Source of the DNA: Dendrobates tinctorius
Taxonomy: Eukaryota
Assembly (NCBI RefSeq): GCF_039654945.1
Contig: NW_027361866.1
Location: 3,844,001-3,908,000, forward strand
Length of the DNA: 64,000 bases
Direction: 5' to 3'
Part shown: piece after piece, positions 25,425-39,760 of the stretch
Layout of the letters: each line of letters begins with the position of its first letter
How positions within the stretch are numbered: position 1 is the stretch's first letter
Notes under the pieces: model-generated
What the model saw: the letters and a program-made list of their open reading frames with translations, nothing else
Told to the model about the DNA's origin: nothing
Database searches by the model: none
Position numbers and translations under genes: made by a program

Positions 25425-28400
25425 CTGCAGACAAGAAGAGCAAAGTGGTTCTGCAAAAGAAATGTGGGAGCACCCCTGCACAAAACAGATCTAAATAAAT
25501 AGCATGTGATGATATAAGGGGCATTCTCCCCACACGTTCTGTCTATCAAGACTAGAAAACTAGGTTCGTTATGATCCACCTGAAAATATAGGAGTCATAT
25601 CAAAATTTGGAGACATTCTTATACATTATAAATTCTGTAGGATCACTAAAGATCATATTATGTATAAGGGATGGTTTATGCAAATGACCACTGACCGGCA
25701 TCATGTTTGTTGGTCAGTGGTCCTTTAACAGCCTGCAGACCTGACTTCATATGTGCACTGAAGGAATGGTAATAATTAACTCAGTGGGTATAGGCTACCA
25801 TTGAGTTGAGGTCCTTTACACAGGACAATGTGCTGCCAAGAACAATGATGCTTTGCTCAAAATGATCTTTTCACCCCACAAACAAGCCTGTTTAGACAAC
25901 ACAATTATTCTGAAAAGAATGTTTCTAGGAACACTGACTCAAGGTATTCGTGCAGAGTAATTGCCCCTTAAAATTATTGACTTATTTGGATTGCTAAGGG
26001 AATGGGATCGCTAATTATATACTGTTGTAGGATAAACAACGCACTTTTTTTGGTGTTGGTCATGTTACTACATTAGCTGGTCCTCCAGAGATAGACCTGA
26101 CCTTTGTATCGATTCCCTACTCATTCCAATGGAAAAGTGTCTTAAGCCTTTCTACGATGTTAGATTCCTCATAGAACATATAGACATGGGTTTTCCTGAT
26201 TTAATAGGTGTTCTTTGTTCTGGTTGCACTTAGGATACCCAAACTGATATCTCACGTGTGACCCCAGATACATTGCCCACTTTGCAGACACGTGGATTAG
26301 CCATAGCAATTCTGCAATTTGATTCCCGGCTCTGCAGTAAATATAGATGATATCGGTGTTTTATCAGGAGGACGGTATATATTGAGCACATCTGCATCAC
26401 AATGAGAGAGGTGCAGAGAGGAAAAGAAAATGAAAGGAAACAGGAGTCAGAAGCAGGAGGCATTGAGCAGAATCTGTAGGGACAGCATGGGAACGGAGAT
26501 AAGGTGCCAAGTATGATAGCAAAGAGAGGAGGAGAACTGGGGAAGAGGCCGTGGTTGACTGTAATTAAAATAGATGATCTCTCAGGAACGGAAATTTCAT
26601 TACTGTGAAAGACTGTTTATTATTATTATGTTGTGGGAGAAATGAGAAGAATTGATGGTGTTTTCTTAAAGTTCATTATGCTACAGGGTGGGAGGAAAAG
26701 AAAGAATAAAAGGATCTATCTGCGAACATAATGTCCACGTAATGATTTCATGCAACAAATGGGTTAACAACAAGTGACAGTAGATTTTATTCAATTTCTC
26801 TTCCTAAGTGTTCAATTTTGAAAATGATTTGTTACAACCATTAGATAATTTATCACTTATTTCTGTATACAGTTTTTTTTTTATTTCTTTCTGTATGCAC
26901 CAAACCCATAGCTTGGCTCACCCGGGCAAAAGTTTAGTTTGCTGACCTAGCACCGTACCCTGGCCAAGTGGCACCTTGCACTTGGGGCACATATTCTACT
27001 ATCGCTGGACTCATGTAATGATTACTTTATTATCAGAAGGAAAAGTTTCAAAAAAGATTATTCAGCCATTCTACAGTATGAGGAAATCACGGCAACCTAA
27101 GACTAGTCGTAGAGATAGAGGATATTGATCCCAAACCCTGAATCATGTGTAGGTAAATCATGCTTTTTGAGGAGCCATCCTGACGTGGATTTTCAAAGTA
27201 AGTACACCGGTCTCATTGGGTCAAAGAGATCTATTTAATAATACATATATGCAGTTTAGATAGTGGAATCTAGAGACAGATTGGGACTGGAGTATATATT
27301 AAATGTCTTAAAGCAGTTGTCCACTCGTGGAGACAATTCTTTATATTTACTTAAATGCATGTAACTTGGGCTAAAATTTAATTCTTACAATTGGATTTCC
27401 TTAAAAATTTGGCACGGATGTGCTTTCTATAACCTTTGTGATGCATTGTCCATTGCTTGCTGAAGAATGACTTAACTGAGAATCTCTCTGCTATGACATA
27501 CTGATAGGGGTTTGTTCCGTAACTCTTTTCTGAGATCCTCTCACTAGGTGTAGAGTCAACTTGTCATGGCAGATGGGCTCACACAGTTTTTTCTGTGTGC
27601 ACACAAAGAAGCTCATTTCTAACAACCTGTGCATAATATATCTTACCGCTCCTGTGCACTGTTGCATGCTTTGCGACTGCCCCTATTTTGCTCATGGACT
27701 TCTCAGGTCTGTCTAAGGTTAAATTAGCACTTTACTTGGCAGGACGTCACGTCTGAAAGTTATGGACATTACTGACGCCATGTGCAGCTCCCAGTGCTTC
27801 TTCACATAGTGCACGGGTGCAGGAGTTGCCTACTATTTACATGCAGTAGTGTAGTCCATAAATTGGCCAGACTTTCACACGGACCTGAGGTCCATGTGGA
27901 AAATCGCCCATATTCACTAGCACATAGGCTAACAGTCGGCTGTGTTCTGTCTGTGGTGTAGTCCACTGTGCACACAGGCAATGCAAATATGCTCATGTGA
28001 ACAATTTTTAATTAGAGCAGAACATATTGAAGAGGATTCTACCTGCGCTGAGATCTTTTTAGAGGCACAAGCCCAAGAAAGGTGAATTTGTTTAGCAGTG
28101 TCCCTCATGCAGATGGGATCACACAATTTGATCAGGATATGCACTAAAAACCTCACATTTCTATGTACTTTATAGTAAATGTGTGAAAAACTGTGTCCAG
28201 AAAATATACAATATGTCAAACTACTTAAAAAATTAAACTTCCCACAGGACTCTCAATAGAATTAGATGAGAGTCTGAACAGGAGATTTTGGCTCCAATTC
28301 ATCCAGACCGTCGTGGTGATGAGGGGGCGTACGCCTCTTATGGAATTAGGAGCGTCTGACAAGTGGCATGCTAATCTGTGAGTATTACTGCTAATGGGTG

Positions 28401-28965
28401 CAGTCAGGGATTGCAGTACGATCTCTGTGACGTCACCGCCCATTCCATCCCGTCCCACCTCAGTTTCACCCATTTTGGCAGACCAGGGCAAGATGTTGGA
28501 ATTAGCAAAACTCTGAGTTGGGCAAAAATTTTGGGAACTTTTCAAAGAGATTAAATTCTGGTATAATCACTTTGCCGAATCTGGGTCTCTGTGTCTTACA
28601 AAGGAGTATGTAGGAGATGTAGTTATGAGTAAGTTATAGCAGAGGTGTGTGTTTTTTACAGTACTCCATTGAAATAAAAAAAAAAAAATGACATACAAAA
28701 TGTTTTCTGGATTTTACCGATGCTCTGTCTGATGTGTCCGCATCACATAAATGTAAAAAACTACAAATACTGTACATACAGAAGTGCCAAAGGCTACCAT
28801 AACTCAAAAGCACCATCTTGAGGACTAGTCACAGAAGCCATTGACCAATGCATGTTTAGGTGTCAAAAAGAAAATGTGTCTAATGAGATTTCCGAGCGCT
28901 GTGTTATCTGATTCAAGGTAACCATGGCCAGATCTGTACACATACTGCTTATACTCATTTCTTAC

Positions 28966-29098
28966 CCTAATTTAATGTTGCAGGATCTCACACAGGAATT
29001 TCCTCGACTGAAGAATTTACAAGACAGGCATTGATCAGACCCGGATCCCCAACAACCAGCACTGGAGCAAAGAGGATGGCACACCATTCCCTCAGCAG
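28966..29098 (-). CDS. ERBB4: ERBB4-family exon 13 equivalent (133 nt): [45 protein letters not shown]
   Basis: AG/GTAAG boundaries; domain IV cysteine pattern; frame continuous with exon 12. Confidence 0.95.
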
Positions 29099-29482
29099 CT
29101 GAAAATGTCAATATAGATCATTAATGGGGGAAAATAAAACAAATCCTTCAGAAATGATATGAATGATCCCAATATATAAAATATCATAAAAATAAACCTT
29201 AATAACTGAGTGTGAGTGTTAATTACATGTCGCGTCCAGGAGATATCAAAAGCCTCATGTTAGATCACTATTAATTATATTGACGCATGAATGTTGAAAA
29301 TATACCAACTCCAAGAATGAATTAACCTAATGATCTGTAGGAATGTACGTACTGGACTACATATTTCGACTATTCCCTAAATCCCCAGCAATAATAGGCA
29401 CCACAGTTATTCAGCCCTGACAATTGAGTGTTGATTATTTTTTTTAATAAACCCTTTTGAGAGCTGGATGGTAGATACTTAC

Positions 29483-29682
29483 TGCAGTTTTCTGCTTTTC
29501 TGTTTTCTCTAATGGTGGATTTCTGGCTGGATGTTCTGAACAGTGAGGTCCAGTTGATGGTATTGTAGTAACAAAGATTGTGGTTGTCCGTAATATAGAT
29601 ATTTCCAGCGCTGATTTCTTTGAGGGACTGTAGTTTTAGGCCTGTGAGGCTCTGCTGCTTGAGGATGAGCAGTGAGATCCCA
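29483..29682 (-). CDS. ERBB4: ERBB4-family exon 12 equivalent (200 nt): [66 protein letters not shown]
   Basis: Lies inside ORF 29370..29714; AG/GTAAGT boundaries; [16 protein letters not shown] and NRKAENC motifs are ERBB4-diagnostic. Confidence 0.97.
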
Positions 29683-29711
29683 CTATGTGCAAATAAAAAA
29701 TGAAAATACAT

Positions 29712-30110
29712 CAAAAAGAATCTGTCACAAGGTTTTTGCTACGTAATTTGAACGAGCTTGTTGTAGGGGCAGAGAGCCTGATTCCAGAGATGTGTCACTT
29801 GCTGGGCTGCTTGCTTTCGTTGTGATGCCACCACTGATTTCTCTGCTGCAGATCTAGCAGTTCCCTGAATGCTGAGCTTTGTATAACCCTGCCCACACCA
29901 CTGATTGGCAGCATTCTTGTATACTGTGCATTGACAGCTGCTAATCAGCGGTGGGGGCGGGGGTTACACAGAGCTCTTGACTAGGAGGCATGAGGCACCT
30001 AATCTTGTAGTGATAATCTAATGTTAATAAAACTCTAATTTCATTAAAACAGCAGCACACAGCCTAGTAAGTGACATATCACTGGAGGCAGGTTCTCATT
30101 CCCATTCTCA
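29712..30110. mobile_element. Palindromic MITE (T2/Kolobok-like); related copy at 44810-45240
   Basis: Shared CCTGATTCCAG..TGTGTCACTT and GTATAACCC..CCCACACCACTGATTG blocks; internal symmetry. Confidence 0.65.
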
Positions 30111-31769
30111 GTACTGACTGACAGGGGCCTAAGAGGGGTTAAATGCCCACGATCGATGCTACCACTGATCATGGGCCTTGCTATGGGGTGTCAGCTATCA
30201 CATACAGCTGACACCCGCACCAGATCACTGCGGCGCTCAGCGTGATGCTGCGGTGATCGAGCCACCGTACTAGTACTGCTCTGGTCGGAAATCTCATTCT
30301 AGAATCTGATAGATGATATCGAACAGCCTGAGACAGAGGATGATCTAGCGCCACTGCACTCAGGTGGCTTTTTTCCTCTTCTCTGCTGTTAGCAGTGCCA
30401 ATCTGTGTTTAATCTGAATGGCGTTTTCTTAAATTGTAAAGTAATTGCATACTGGTAGAATATGCCGACATTTTATGATTGGTGAGAGATCCTGAAAATG
30501 AAGGGACTGCAGCCGTGCTTTAGTGCTGCATCCATCAGTGCTGCAGCTTCCTCATTCTCAGGATTGTCAGAGATTCCAAATGTCAGACCTCCACCGATCA
30601 TAAAGTAAAGGCATAGCCCATGCTATAGTGTAATTTAATGGTATAATGGTCATAGATAGTCATGGGCCACTCTATTGTAATCTTCCTATATGTAAGAACA
30701 TCTCAAATGGAAATCCCACTCGGAACACCCATGCGAAAATCTCATTATAGATAAAACTAGATAATCTTATTTTAAGACATGGGTCTTCCTAATGAAACAT
30801 TATTACTAGGGTAATGCTACAGGGATCCATGTTAAGCTAGTCTACAATCATCTATGTCATCCAATACTTTAATATTGTCCTCCACTAGTAATGAAATCCA
30901 TTCTTGACGTTGCCTGCATCGGGGACAGAGGAAAGGTATAATATAGCAGATCTGAAACGAGAACCTTGTCCTCATTTCCAACATGCGTTCTCAGTCTACC
31001 ATTACTAATCTTCATCACTCAGTTATGACTAGCTGTTCTCTGCATGTTTGGCCAAATTTGTTCCAAATGGAATACTATGCAACGGTATGTAATGATAGAT
31101 ACAATATAGAAAAATATAATTGAATACTAAATTCAGGCATGAATATAATTTAATCCCAAAAGATCCCAAAAATACAATCTTAAATTATTCAAACAGTGAA
31201 ATTGAAGAGTAAGATTTAAGAATATTAGAAAAAGAAATGAATAGCAGATTTGGTCCGAAATCATTACCTAAGGGAAGTCTACAGTTTCAAAAGCATCCAA
31301 AAGGTCAAGGAGAATGATAAGAGTGTAATGGCTCTAAGACGTAAGAATGAGAAATTCATCAGGTGTTTAAGTAACTTAGTTTTCAGTTGACTGGGCAGAG
31401 CAATAACCCAACTGAAGTGGGTTTAGAAGATTATTGGCGTTCAAAAGGGAGAATACACTGGCACTTCTACAGAATCAGAAAAGAACATTCCGCAAGACTA
31501 GAACCTAAAAGAGCGATCTGTCTTATTTTGATACTTATTATTAAACAGGTCTTCAAGGTTTATGTCATCATAAATGATTGAGCAGATCACTAGACTACTG
31601 CCCAACCTCTATCCATGGGACTACAAGGGCACATGGACATCACAGAGGGGGATCTCGTGGAGAAAAATGACATCTGTTCTGTAAAAGTGGTTCTAGCTTT
31701 GACATATCCAATTTGTCCTCTGTAGTGGCTTCCTCCAGTGATGGCAGACAGACCTCCATTGATCAGCTA

Positions 31770-33337
31770 CAGTGAGTGCGGAATTATTCAGACTCCTTTG
31801 TTTCATTGCAGCCATTTGGTAAATTCAAAAAAGTTCATTTTTTTCTCATTAATGTACACTCTGCACCCCATCTTGACTGAAAAAAAACAGAAATGTAGAA
31901 ATGTTAGCAGATTTATTAAAAAAGAAAAACTGAAATATCACATGGTCCTAAGTATTCAGACTCTTTGCTCAGACACTCATATTTAAGTCACATGCTGTCC
32001 ATTTCCTTGTGATACTCCTTGAGATGGTTCTACTCCTTCATTGGAGTCCAGCTGTGTTTAATTAAACTGATAGGACTTGATTTGTAAAGGCACACACCTG
32101 TCTATATAAGACCTCACAGCTCACAGTGCATGTCAGACCAAATGAGAATCATGAAGTCAAAGGAACTGGCCAAGGAGCTCAGAGACAGAATTGTGGCAAG
32201 GCACAGATCTGGCCAAGGTTACAAAAGAATTTCAGCAGTACTCAAGGTTCCTAAGAGCACAGTGGCCTCCATAATCCTTAAATGGAAGAAGTTTGGGACC
32301 ACCTGACATCTTCCTAGACCTGGCTGTCCAGCCAAACTAAGCAATCGTGAGAGAACCTTGGTGAGAGAGGTAAAGAAGAACCCCAGGATCACTATAGCTG
32401 AGCTTCACAGATGCAGTAGGAAGATGGGGGAAAGTTCCACAAAGTCAACTATCACTGCAGCCATCCAGCAATCGGGCCTTTATGGCAGAGTGGCCCAATG
32501 GAAGCCTCTCTTCAGTGCTTGACATATGAAAGCCCACTTAGAGTTTGCCAAAAAATACATGAAGGACTCACAGACCATGAGAAATAAGATTCTCTGGTCA
32601 GGTGAGGCGAATATGGAACTTTTTGGTGATAATTCTAAGCGGTATGTGTGGAGAAAACCAGGCACTGCTCATCACCTGCCCAATACAATCTCAACAGTGA
32701 AACATGGTGGTGGCAGCATCATGCTATTGGGGTGATTTTCAGCTGCAGGGACAGGATGGCTGGGTGCAATTGAAGGAAACATGAATGCGACCAAGAAGCG
32801 ATGTCCTTGATGAAAATCTCTTCCAGAGTGCTCTGGACCTCAGACTTGGCCGAAGGTTCACCTTCCAACAAGACAATAACCCTAAGCAGACAACTAAAAT
32901 AACAAAGGAGTGGCTTCAGAACAACTCTGTGACCATTCTTGACTGGCCCAGCCAAAGCCCTGACCTAAACCCGATTGAGCATCTCTGAAGAGACCTGAAA
33001 ATGGCTGTCCAACAACGTTCACCATCCAACCTGATGGAACTGGAGAGGATCTGCAAGGAAGAAAGACAGAGGATCCCCAAATCCAGGTGTGAAAAACTTG
33101 TTGCATCATTCCCAAGAAGACTCATGGCTGTACTAGCTCAAAAGGGTGCTTCTACTCAATACTGAACAAAGGGTCTGAATACTTATGACCATGTGATATT
33201 TCAGTTTTTCTTTTTTAATAAAATTGCAAAAACTTCTACATTTCTGTTTTTTTCAGTCAAGATGGGGTGCAAAGTGTACAGCAATGAAACAAAGAGTGAA
33301 AAATTTAAAGAGGTTTGAATACTTTCCATACCCACTG
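31770..33337 (+). mobile_element. Full-length decayed Tc1 (DD34E) transposon; transposase ~32151-33165 with stops and frameshifts
   Basis: TA-CAGTG...CACTG-TA with long inverted repeats; [43 protein letters not shown]. Confidence 0.93.
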
Positions 33338-33870
33338 TATTTCATGATGTCATAATTAAGTCATTATGGATAAAATAAGAAAAAGAGCTATCTCGTGGTC
33401 ATTGCCTTTTCCAATGAAGAAGAGCTCTCACATTCGATGTGAAAAAACATTACTGTATTAACCTGACAAACGGGCAATTAATTCCCGAAATGTGTTTTAT
33501 GATAATAAAATGTAAAGTGTAATAAAGAATTTTTTAATGACAAATATTAGAACTCTTCACTTTTCTCAACTCTTTCTTAATTCATCCATTGATCTAATTC
33601 CTACCAGGCCTAGGAAAGAAATCAAAGGGAAATCTAGTAGCCGTCCATTATCTCGTTTATGACAGGTGATTATGGGTGTTATGCTCCAAGCTTAATCCAG
33701 AAAAGTAAGAGTCTTAGTATACACCTCATTATTACTGTGTTTTTCTAAGAGGTTTGATCCTATGTATGTCCTTTTCCTTTTACTTCCTGTGTATATGTGC
33801 AATTAAGTGATCATTTCCTAATCATTATAATGTCATAATTAAATTCTATGATGTCATAATCATGTCTTAA

Positions 33871-34220
33871 AGGGAACCTGTCACCCCCCAGGCGTCTTTA
33901 AGTAAAAGAGCCACCTTGTGCAGCACTAATGCTGCATTCTGTCAAGGTGGCTTTTTTATTTGGCGTCCCTTCCACCGCAGAAATAAGCGTTTTTAAAATT
34001 TGTCCGTCATACCTTTAGTTTGTCCGGGGGCAGGTCTTTTTCCCCCCGGACACAGACGCCTCACATCCATCACTCATTTCCTCTTTCCTTTTTGGCGCCG
34101 CACCCTCAGCGGTCATTTCTTTTCCTGGCGCCTGCGCTGTAATATTTTTTCTCGGGCATGTGCAGTTGGCGCTGCCCATCCTATGACATCACATGATGTC
34201 TTGCTTATCGCGCCTGCATA
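33871..34220 (+). mobile_element. T2/Kolobok-type MITE left end
   Basis: TTAA-AGGGAACCTGTCA terminus; right end not found. Confidence 0.6.
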
Positions 34221-37004
34221 TGTGTTATGGCTCTGTTTGGGGACTCGATCTGCTGACCTGTTGCTCTGTGGTCGGTTCCTTTGTATCTCGAGCTATTGCC
34301 TTTTCTGTCCAAATGCTGATGGTTCCAATTGTCTTTCTTAGCCCTTTTTGGTTTGTTCCTCTCCAGGTGTTTTCCATTTTTCCATTTTGGTTTGTTTTCC
34401 ATTGGTTTTCCATCTGCCTTATCACATTCTGCGTCAGATTTTTATGTTTACCCTTTACTGCATTTCCTTTCTGGCTATACCTCTAGGTGGACATGGGTTT
34501 AGGAGTTCCAGCCCTTCAGCTGAGGGGTTTACCTTACATGGTAAACACCAGTTGACTTCCTGCAATGAGTCTGTGTTCCTTCCCAGATCTTCTTCCTTTC
34601 ACCTCCTTAGATTTCTGGGAGGTTATTCCTGTTTGATTTATTTTTGCCTCCCCTTAGCTTTCCCTTTCTATGTTTTGAGCATGTTTTCATAGAATCGTAG
34701 AGTTGGAAGGGACCTCCTGGGCCATCTGGTCCAACCCCCTTTTTAATTTTCTTAATCTGGGTTTTCACGTCTTCCTGCACAGTTTCCTTTCCTCTTGCTG
34801 GCAGCATGTTTCAGCCTCCTTTCTCATTTCTCAGAAGGTATGAGAAACCCTTTAATGGCCTTTTTGAGATTCAAGTGGTGTTTTGAGTTGTGTGGCTACG
34901 GTCTTATTTTTAATTATTACTACTGTAAAATTTTTGTGAAATCTTCCAGCGACCGCTTTATATAACAATAATATGAAAGTGCTCATGTAGCTTCTTTTTT
35001 TGGCTCAAAAATAATGGGAGGTGAAGCTGTCAGAGTCCGGCAAAGTGTCTGATACACTACCAGTACCACAGTTTAATAGGGTAGGTCAATGCTCTCAGCC
35101 GGGGTTCAGTTTAGATCTCTTTGCTTCTTTCCATTACCCTGTAAAGCTAAAACTACTAAAGGGGACACCTGCTATTTTAGAGAGTGCTGCCCCACAGGTG
35201 CTATGAATAAAAAAATACTTCTGCCGTCACCGCTCTAGTCAGGAAGCGAATTGTATGAGATTGCTGGCTCGTTGGCTACTGAGGATGTGATGTTTTAAAA
35301 CGTCTCAGCTGAGGCCATCATTAAATGTGCCCCCTGCACTTCATTCTCAGCCTTTGCCCTGCAGAGACAAATAATTATTCTCAGTGCTGGTTTTCAGTAT
35401 TCTATAACCTCTGTGTGGGCACCTGCTTTCTTCTATATATTCCATGTTGGGAGCAGGAAACTCTGTTTTGGTAATTGCAGAGTCTAGGTGAACAGACGTT
35501 AACGCTAAATTGCTGAGCTTGGTAAACTATTTTAACCCCTTACCTACAATTGACGTAATATTCCGTCCATGTGACCATGGACCTAATTACCATGGACGGA
35601 ATATTACGTCATCGCGATCAGCGGCGCCCACGTGGTGAGCGCCGCTGATCGCGGCCGAGTGTCAGCTAATTATCATAGCTGACACCCGGCACAATGTGTC
35701 AGGGGCGGTCACGGACCGCCCCCGACACGTTAACCCCTTGCACACCGCGATCAAACGCGATCGCGGTGTACCGGGGGTTAAAGGGAAGCATCGGCAGGGA
35801 GGGGGCTCCCTCCGTGCTTCCCTGAGCCCCCCACGGCAGCGCAATGTGCAGCGCTGCTGCGGGGGACTCCCTTCCTCCAGGCCCCCGAATCCAAGATGGC
35901 GACGGGGGCCTTCGGGGGCCTGAGGAAGCTGGCTTCCTCAGTGCCTGCAAAGCGCAGGCATGAGGAAGTCTGCAGCAGTGCCTGTGACAGATCGCTGATC
36001 TGTCACAGTGATCTGTGATGTGACAGATCAGCGATCTGTCACAGGACAGTGATGTCCCACCTGGGACAAGGTAATAAAGTAAAAAAAAAAAAAAAAAAAG
36101 TGTTAAAAATAATTTAAAAAAAATCGCTAAATAAATTAGTTAAAAAAAAAAAAAATATTCCCCAATAAATCCATTTTTTGAAAATAAAAAAAAACAAAAC
36201 AATAAAAGTACACATATTTGGTATCGCCGCGTCCGTAACGACCTGCCCTATAAAACTGTCCCATTAGTTAACCCCTTTAGCGAACCCCTTAAAAAATAAA
36301 AATAAAAAACGAAGCAAAAAATAATGATTTATTATCATACCACCGAACAAAAAGTGCAATAACGCGCGATCAAAAAGACGCATATAAATATCCATGGTAC
36401 CGCTGAAAACGACATCTTGTCCCGCAAAAAACGAGCCACCATACAGCATCATCCGCAAAAAAATAAAAAAGTTATAGCTCGCAGAATAAAGCGATACAAA
36501 AATAATTATTTTTTATATAAAATTGTTTTCATTGCAAAAAACCGACAAAACATAAAAAACGACCTAAATGAGGTATCGCTGTAACCGTACTGACCCGAAG
36601 AATAAAAACGCTTTATCAATTTTACCGCACGCGGAACGGTGTAAACGCACCCCCCAAAAGAAATTCATGAAAAGCTGGTTTTTGTTCATTCTGCATCTCA
36701 AAAATCGGAATAAAAAGCGATCAAAAAATGTCACGTGCCCGAAAATGGTACCAATAAAAACGACAACTCGTCCCGCAAAAAATAAGACCTCACATGACTC
36801 GGTGGGTCAAAATATGGAAAAATTATAGCTCACAATATGTGGTGATGCAAAAACTATTTTTACAATAAAAAGCGTCTTTTAGCGTGCGACCTCCGCCAAA
36901 CATAAAAACCGCCATAAATCGTAAATCAAACCCCCCGTTATCACCCCTTTAGTTAGGGAAAAATAATAAAACTAAAAGAAAATGTATTTATTTCCATTTT
37001 CCCG

Positions 37005-37177
37005 CTAGGGTTAGGGTAGGGTTAGGGCTAGGGTTAGGGTTAGGGCTAGTGTTAGGGCTAGGGTTAAGGCTAGGGTTAGGGTTAGGGCTAGGGTTAGGGC
37101 TAGGGTTAGGGCTAGGGTTAGGGCTAGGGTTAGGGCTAGGGCTCAGATTAGGGTTAGGGGTGTGTTGAGGTTAGGGT
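37005..37177 (+). repeat. Interstitial telomere-like array (TTAGGG/CTAGGG)n
   Basis: Mostly alternating TTAGGG and CTAGGG hexamers. Confidence 0.95.
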
Positions 37178-37189
37178 TGGAGTTATAAT

Positions 37190-39760
37190 TGGGGGTTTCC
37201 ACTGTTTGGGCACATCAGGTGCTCTCCAAAGGCAACATGGCGTCTGATCTCAATTCCAGCCAATTCTGCGTTGAAAAAGTCAAATGGTGCTCCTTCCCTT
37301 CCAAGCTCTGCCATGTGCCCAAACAGTGTTTTACCCCCACATGTAGGGTATCAGCCTACTCAGGACAAATTACAAAACAACTTTTGGGGTCCAATTTCTC
37401 CTGTTACCCTTAGGAAAATAAAAAATTGGGGGCAAAAATATAATTTTGCGGAAAAAAATGTTTTTTTTATTTTCACGCCCAGGCGTTATAAACTTCTGTG
37501 AAGCACTTGGGGGTTCAAAGTGCTCTCCACACATCTAGATAAGCTCCGTGGGGGGTCTAGTTTCCAAAATGGGGTCACTTGTGGGGAGTTTCAATAGTTT
37601 AGGTACATCAGGGGCTCTCCAAACGCACATGACACCCGCATACCAATCCATCAAAGTCTGCATTCCAAAACGTCACTACTTCCCTTCCGAGCCCCGATGT
37701 GTGCCCATACAGTAGTTTTCTCCCACATATGAGATATCAGCGTACTCAGGACAAATTGGACAACAACTTTTGGGGTCCAATTTCTCCTGTTACCCTTGGG
37801 AAAATAAAAAAAATGGGGACTAAAAGATGATGTTTGTTGAAAAAATACGATATTTTTATTTTCACGCCCGGTCGTTATAAACTTCTGTGAAGCACTGGGG
37901 GGTTCAAAGTGCTCACCACACATCTAGATAAGTTCATTAGGGGGTCTAGTTTCCAAAATGGGGTCACTTGTGGGGGGTTTCCACTGTTTAGGTACATCAG
38001 GGGCTCTCCAAACGCAACATGACACCCGCAGACCATTCCATCAAAGTCTGCATTCCAAAACGTCACTACTTCCCTTCCGAGCCCCGACGTGTGCCCATAC
38101 AGTAGTTTTCTCCCACATATGAGGTATCAGCGTACTCAGGACAAATTGGACAACAACTTTTGGGGTCCAATTTCTCCTGTTACCCTTGGGAAAATAAAAA
38201 AATGGGGACTAAAAGATCATGTTTGTGGAAAAAAATACGATTTTTTTATTTTCACGCCCGGTCGTTATAAACTTCTGTGAAGCACTGGGGGGTTCAAAGT
38301 GCTCACCACACATCTAGATAAGTTCATTAGGGGGTCTAGTTTCCAAAATGGGGTCACTTGTGGGGGGTTTCCACTGTTTAGGTACATCAGGGGCTCTCCA
38401 AACGCAACATGACACCCGCAGACCATTCCATCAAAGTCTGCATTCCAAAACGTCACTACTTCCCTTCCGAGCCCCGACGTGTGCCCATACAGTAGTTTTC
38501 TCCCACATATGAGGTATCAGCGTACTCAGGACAAATTGGACAACAACTTTTGGGGTCCAATTTCTCCTGTTACCCTTGGGAAAATAATAAAATGGGGACT
38601 AAAAGATCATGTTTGTGGAAAAAATACGATTTTTTTATTTTCACGCCCGGACGTTATAAACTTCAGTGAAGCACTGGGGGGTTCAAAGTGCTCACCACAC
38701 ATCTAGATAAGTTCCTTGGGGGGCTAGTTTCCAAAATGGTGTCATTTGTGGGGGGTTTCTACTGTTTTGGTACATCAGGGGCTTTCCTAATGCGACATGG
38801 TGTCCGATCTCAATTCCAGCCAAAAACGTCAAATGGCGCTGCTTCCCTTCCGAGCTCTGCCATACGCCCAAATAGTGGTTTACACCCACATGTGGGGTAT
38901 CAGCGTACTCAGGACAAATTGCACAATATCTTTTAGGGTCCTGTTACTTTTGGAAAAATAAGAATTGAGGGTGAAAAGATCATTTTTGTGGAAAAAATAT
39001 GATTTTTTAATTGTACTGCTGTACGTTATAAACTTCTGTGAAGCCCTTGGGGGTTCAAAGTTCTCACCACACATCTAGATAAGTTCCTTGGGGGGTCTAG
39101 ATTCCAAAATGGTGTCATTTGTGGGGGGTTTCCACTGTTTTGGTACATCAGGGGTTTTCCAATCGCGACATGGTGTCCGATCTCAATTCTAGCCAAAAAC
39201 GTCAAATGGCGCTGCTTCCCTTCCGAGCTCTGCTATGCGCCCAAATAGTCATTTACACCCACATATGGGGTATCAGCGTACTCAGGACAAATTGCACAAT
39301 AACTTTTAGGGTCCTGTTACCCTTGGAAAAATAAAAATTGTGGGTGAAAAGATCATTTTTGTGGAAAAAATATGATTTTTTAATTGTACCGCTGTACGTT
39401 ATAAACTTCTGTGAAGCCCTTGTGGGTTCAAAGTTCTCACCACATATCTAGATAAGTTCCTTGGGGGGTCTAGTTTCCAAAATGGGGTCACTTGGGGGGG
39501 TTTCCACTGTTTAGGTACATCAGGGGCTCGCCAAACGTGACATGGCGTCCGATCTGAATTCCAGCCAATTTTGCATTGAAAAAGTCAAACGGCGCTCCTT
39601 CCATTCTGAGCTCTGCCATGCGCCGAAACAGTGGTTCCCCCCCACATATCAGGTATCAGCGTAGTCAGGACAAATTGCACAATAACTTTTGCAGTCCAAT
39701 TTCTCCTGTTACCCTTGGTAAAATAAAGAAAATTGAACCTGAAGTATTTTTTTTGTGAAA
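37190..39760. repeat. Tandem array of ~6.5 units, periods 389, 390, 389, 372 and 373 bp
   Basis: Anchor GTTATAAACTTC at 37485, 37874, 38264, 38653, 39025 and 39398. Confidence 0.92.

Noticed and set aside
26230-26640. Possible old L2 LINE fragment
   Set aside because: Too degenerate to support by eye.
37005-37177. True telomere or chromosome-fusion site
   Set aside because: Short, single orientation, half variant repeats, and internal to a TSD-flanked element.
37189-39758. Repeated short ORFs in the satellite array
   Set aside because: By-products of the tandem unit with no recognisable domain.
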